From Proteromonas lacertae (lineage: Eukaryota), in contig NGBS01000623.1 of NCBI GenBank assembly GCA_002245135.1, forward strand, positions 1-52,841: DNA of 52,841 bases. The letters are read 5' to 3'. Position numbers and translations under genes: made by a program. The notes beneath the pieces are model-generated. The model was not told the origin of the DNA. It made no database searches and worked only from the letters and a program-made list of their open reading frames with translations. Shown here one piece after another: positions 51,718 to 52,841 of the stretch. Numbering within the stretch: the stretch's first letter is position 1; every line of letters begins with the position of its first letter.

Positions 51718-52841
51718 ATGATACTTTCTAGCCATGGAAATGTAGAGGATGCATTACAACATGCTGATAATGTAGATAACAATAATCAAATAGTAGTTTA
51801 TGATTACTTTAACAAATCAACAAACTCTATAAAGACAGTTGCTGATGCATTAATCAATATATTTGACGATATGAACAAATCTGGGGTAGATCCAGGCGAC
51901 GAAAAGAAAGAGGACATAATCAGCAGTACAACCTTTAATGATAATTTATCAGATAATATAAACGGAGAATGGTATGATAAAAGTAGTGAAAATCACATAT
52001 TACCCGTTCTATATAAAGAAAACATTGATGGTAAACTTGTGCTTTATGAGAATAAAGATAGTGAAAGATCTACTAGTAAAATGCAAATAATGATTATTTT
52101 CACATATTTGGAGGAAATGACCCAGATAAAGACATTTGGCCAATTACCTGCAGAAGATAGTGAATACCTCCACCAATACAGATATCTGCACAAGTTTGTG
52201 TAGAATTAATAGAAAAGAGTGCTTTTAACACTCCACAAGAATGTTCATTAGTAAATGCAACAATAAACACTAAAGATCCTCCATTACATTTAGATAAAGC
52301 AATTGCAAGTATATATGCAAGGACAAATGCTATTATAACTAATAGTACTTGTCCAAATTCACCAAATATAAAAGAAAGTAACGCTATAAGTGAAATACAA
52401 AGCAAACTTGAAGTAATAATGAATATAAGCAATATACAACAACAACATCAACATAATTCAGCTTATGCAAATGCAACAAAGCAATAGATTTATTTTCTAC
52501 ATTTGCAAGTAGAGTGTAGTAAATAAATCAAATTATATAGTAGATAATACCACAGAACCTCCTCTACCAATATCAAATAAAAGAAGTATATGTGAAAGTT
52601 ATGTTGAATGTAAGGAAGATGAAATAATTATCTATAAAGGTGTTAAAAGAAAAACACATAAAACAAAGCAAGAAAGATAATGATGATGATCATGATGATA
52701 TTTGTAACTGCACTGATAAATATGATAAGAAACGTGGAAATGCTGATAGTAGATATAAAAGGGAAGATAGAAGAAGAATAGTTAATATTGAAGATCTTAA
52801 AAAACCATTAATAAAAGAAACAAATATTCAGAATGAGTTTA
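51718..52841 (+). pseudogene. Degenerate tandem paralog of the 50319-51485 gene (runs to window end)
   Basis: Collinear blocks VADALINI/IAEDIINV, YLEEM/FLEEL, SEYLHQYR/SYYLQQSR and HLDKAIAS/YLGNAIAS. Frame break at ~52195 and later stops. Confidence 0.45.

Noticed and set aside
1257..52432. Many hydrophobic I/L/F/S/Y-rich ORFs in the track (e.g. 1257-1691, 31414-31851, 46167-46601, 52100-52432)
   Set aside because: These are antisense shadows of purine-rich real genes, or intron read-through.
1..52841. Blastocystis-type stop codons created by polyadenylation
   Set aside because: Every intact gene I traced has a genomic stop. TGTTTGTT-like motifs (e.g. ~44814, and minus strand ~5711) lie well downstream of the stops.
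1..52841. tRNA, rRNA, snoRNA or autonomous transposon
   Set aside because: No cloverleaf, rRNA-like GC-rich tract, convincing C/D box pair, transposase or RT motif was recognised by eye; an Infernal/tRNAscan run would be needed to exclude them.

Overview
Very AT-rich (roughly 20-25% GC by eye), gene-dense eukaryotic nuclear DNA in the standard code. Most introns are tiny (25-35 nt) GT(AT)...TAG introns. Intron size and gene content suggest a Blastocystis/Opalinata-like stramenopile; this is an inference. After manual splicing there are about 19 genes or pseudogenes: a DHHC pseudogene, an LRR gene, a broken MYCBP2-type RCR E3, two BTB-Ig-SPRY paralogs, a ~3,650-aa HECT E3, a DCX/KHA-like-Ras fusion, SmD3, a pseudo-kinesin, eIF1, two STELLO-half genes, a Hem25-like carrier, a TPR gene, a PX sorting nexin, a P4-ATPase, a Qc-SNARE, a 4-CNB PKG, a pseudokinase-TPR gene, a repeat-domain membrane protein and two degenerate paralogs at the right end. 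Main highlights: (1) three short minor-spliceosome-type introns sharing the variant donor ATATCATTTT, with AT-AA, AT-AC and AT-AT/AA ends; (2) a (pseudo)kinase-TPR family with one TPR per 111-nt phase-0 exon, where exon+intron cassettes are being duplicated and recombined into mosaics; (3) a recurring GGCTTGA motif just upstream of start codons. All domain calls come from motif recognition; no searches were run.
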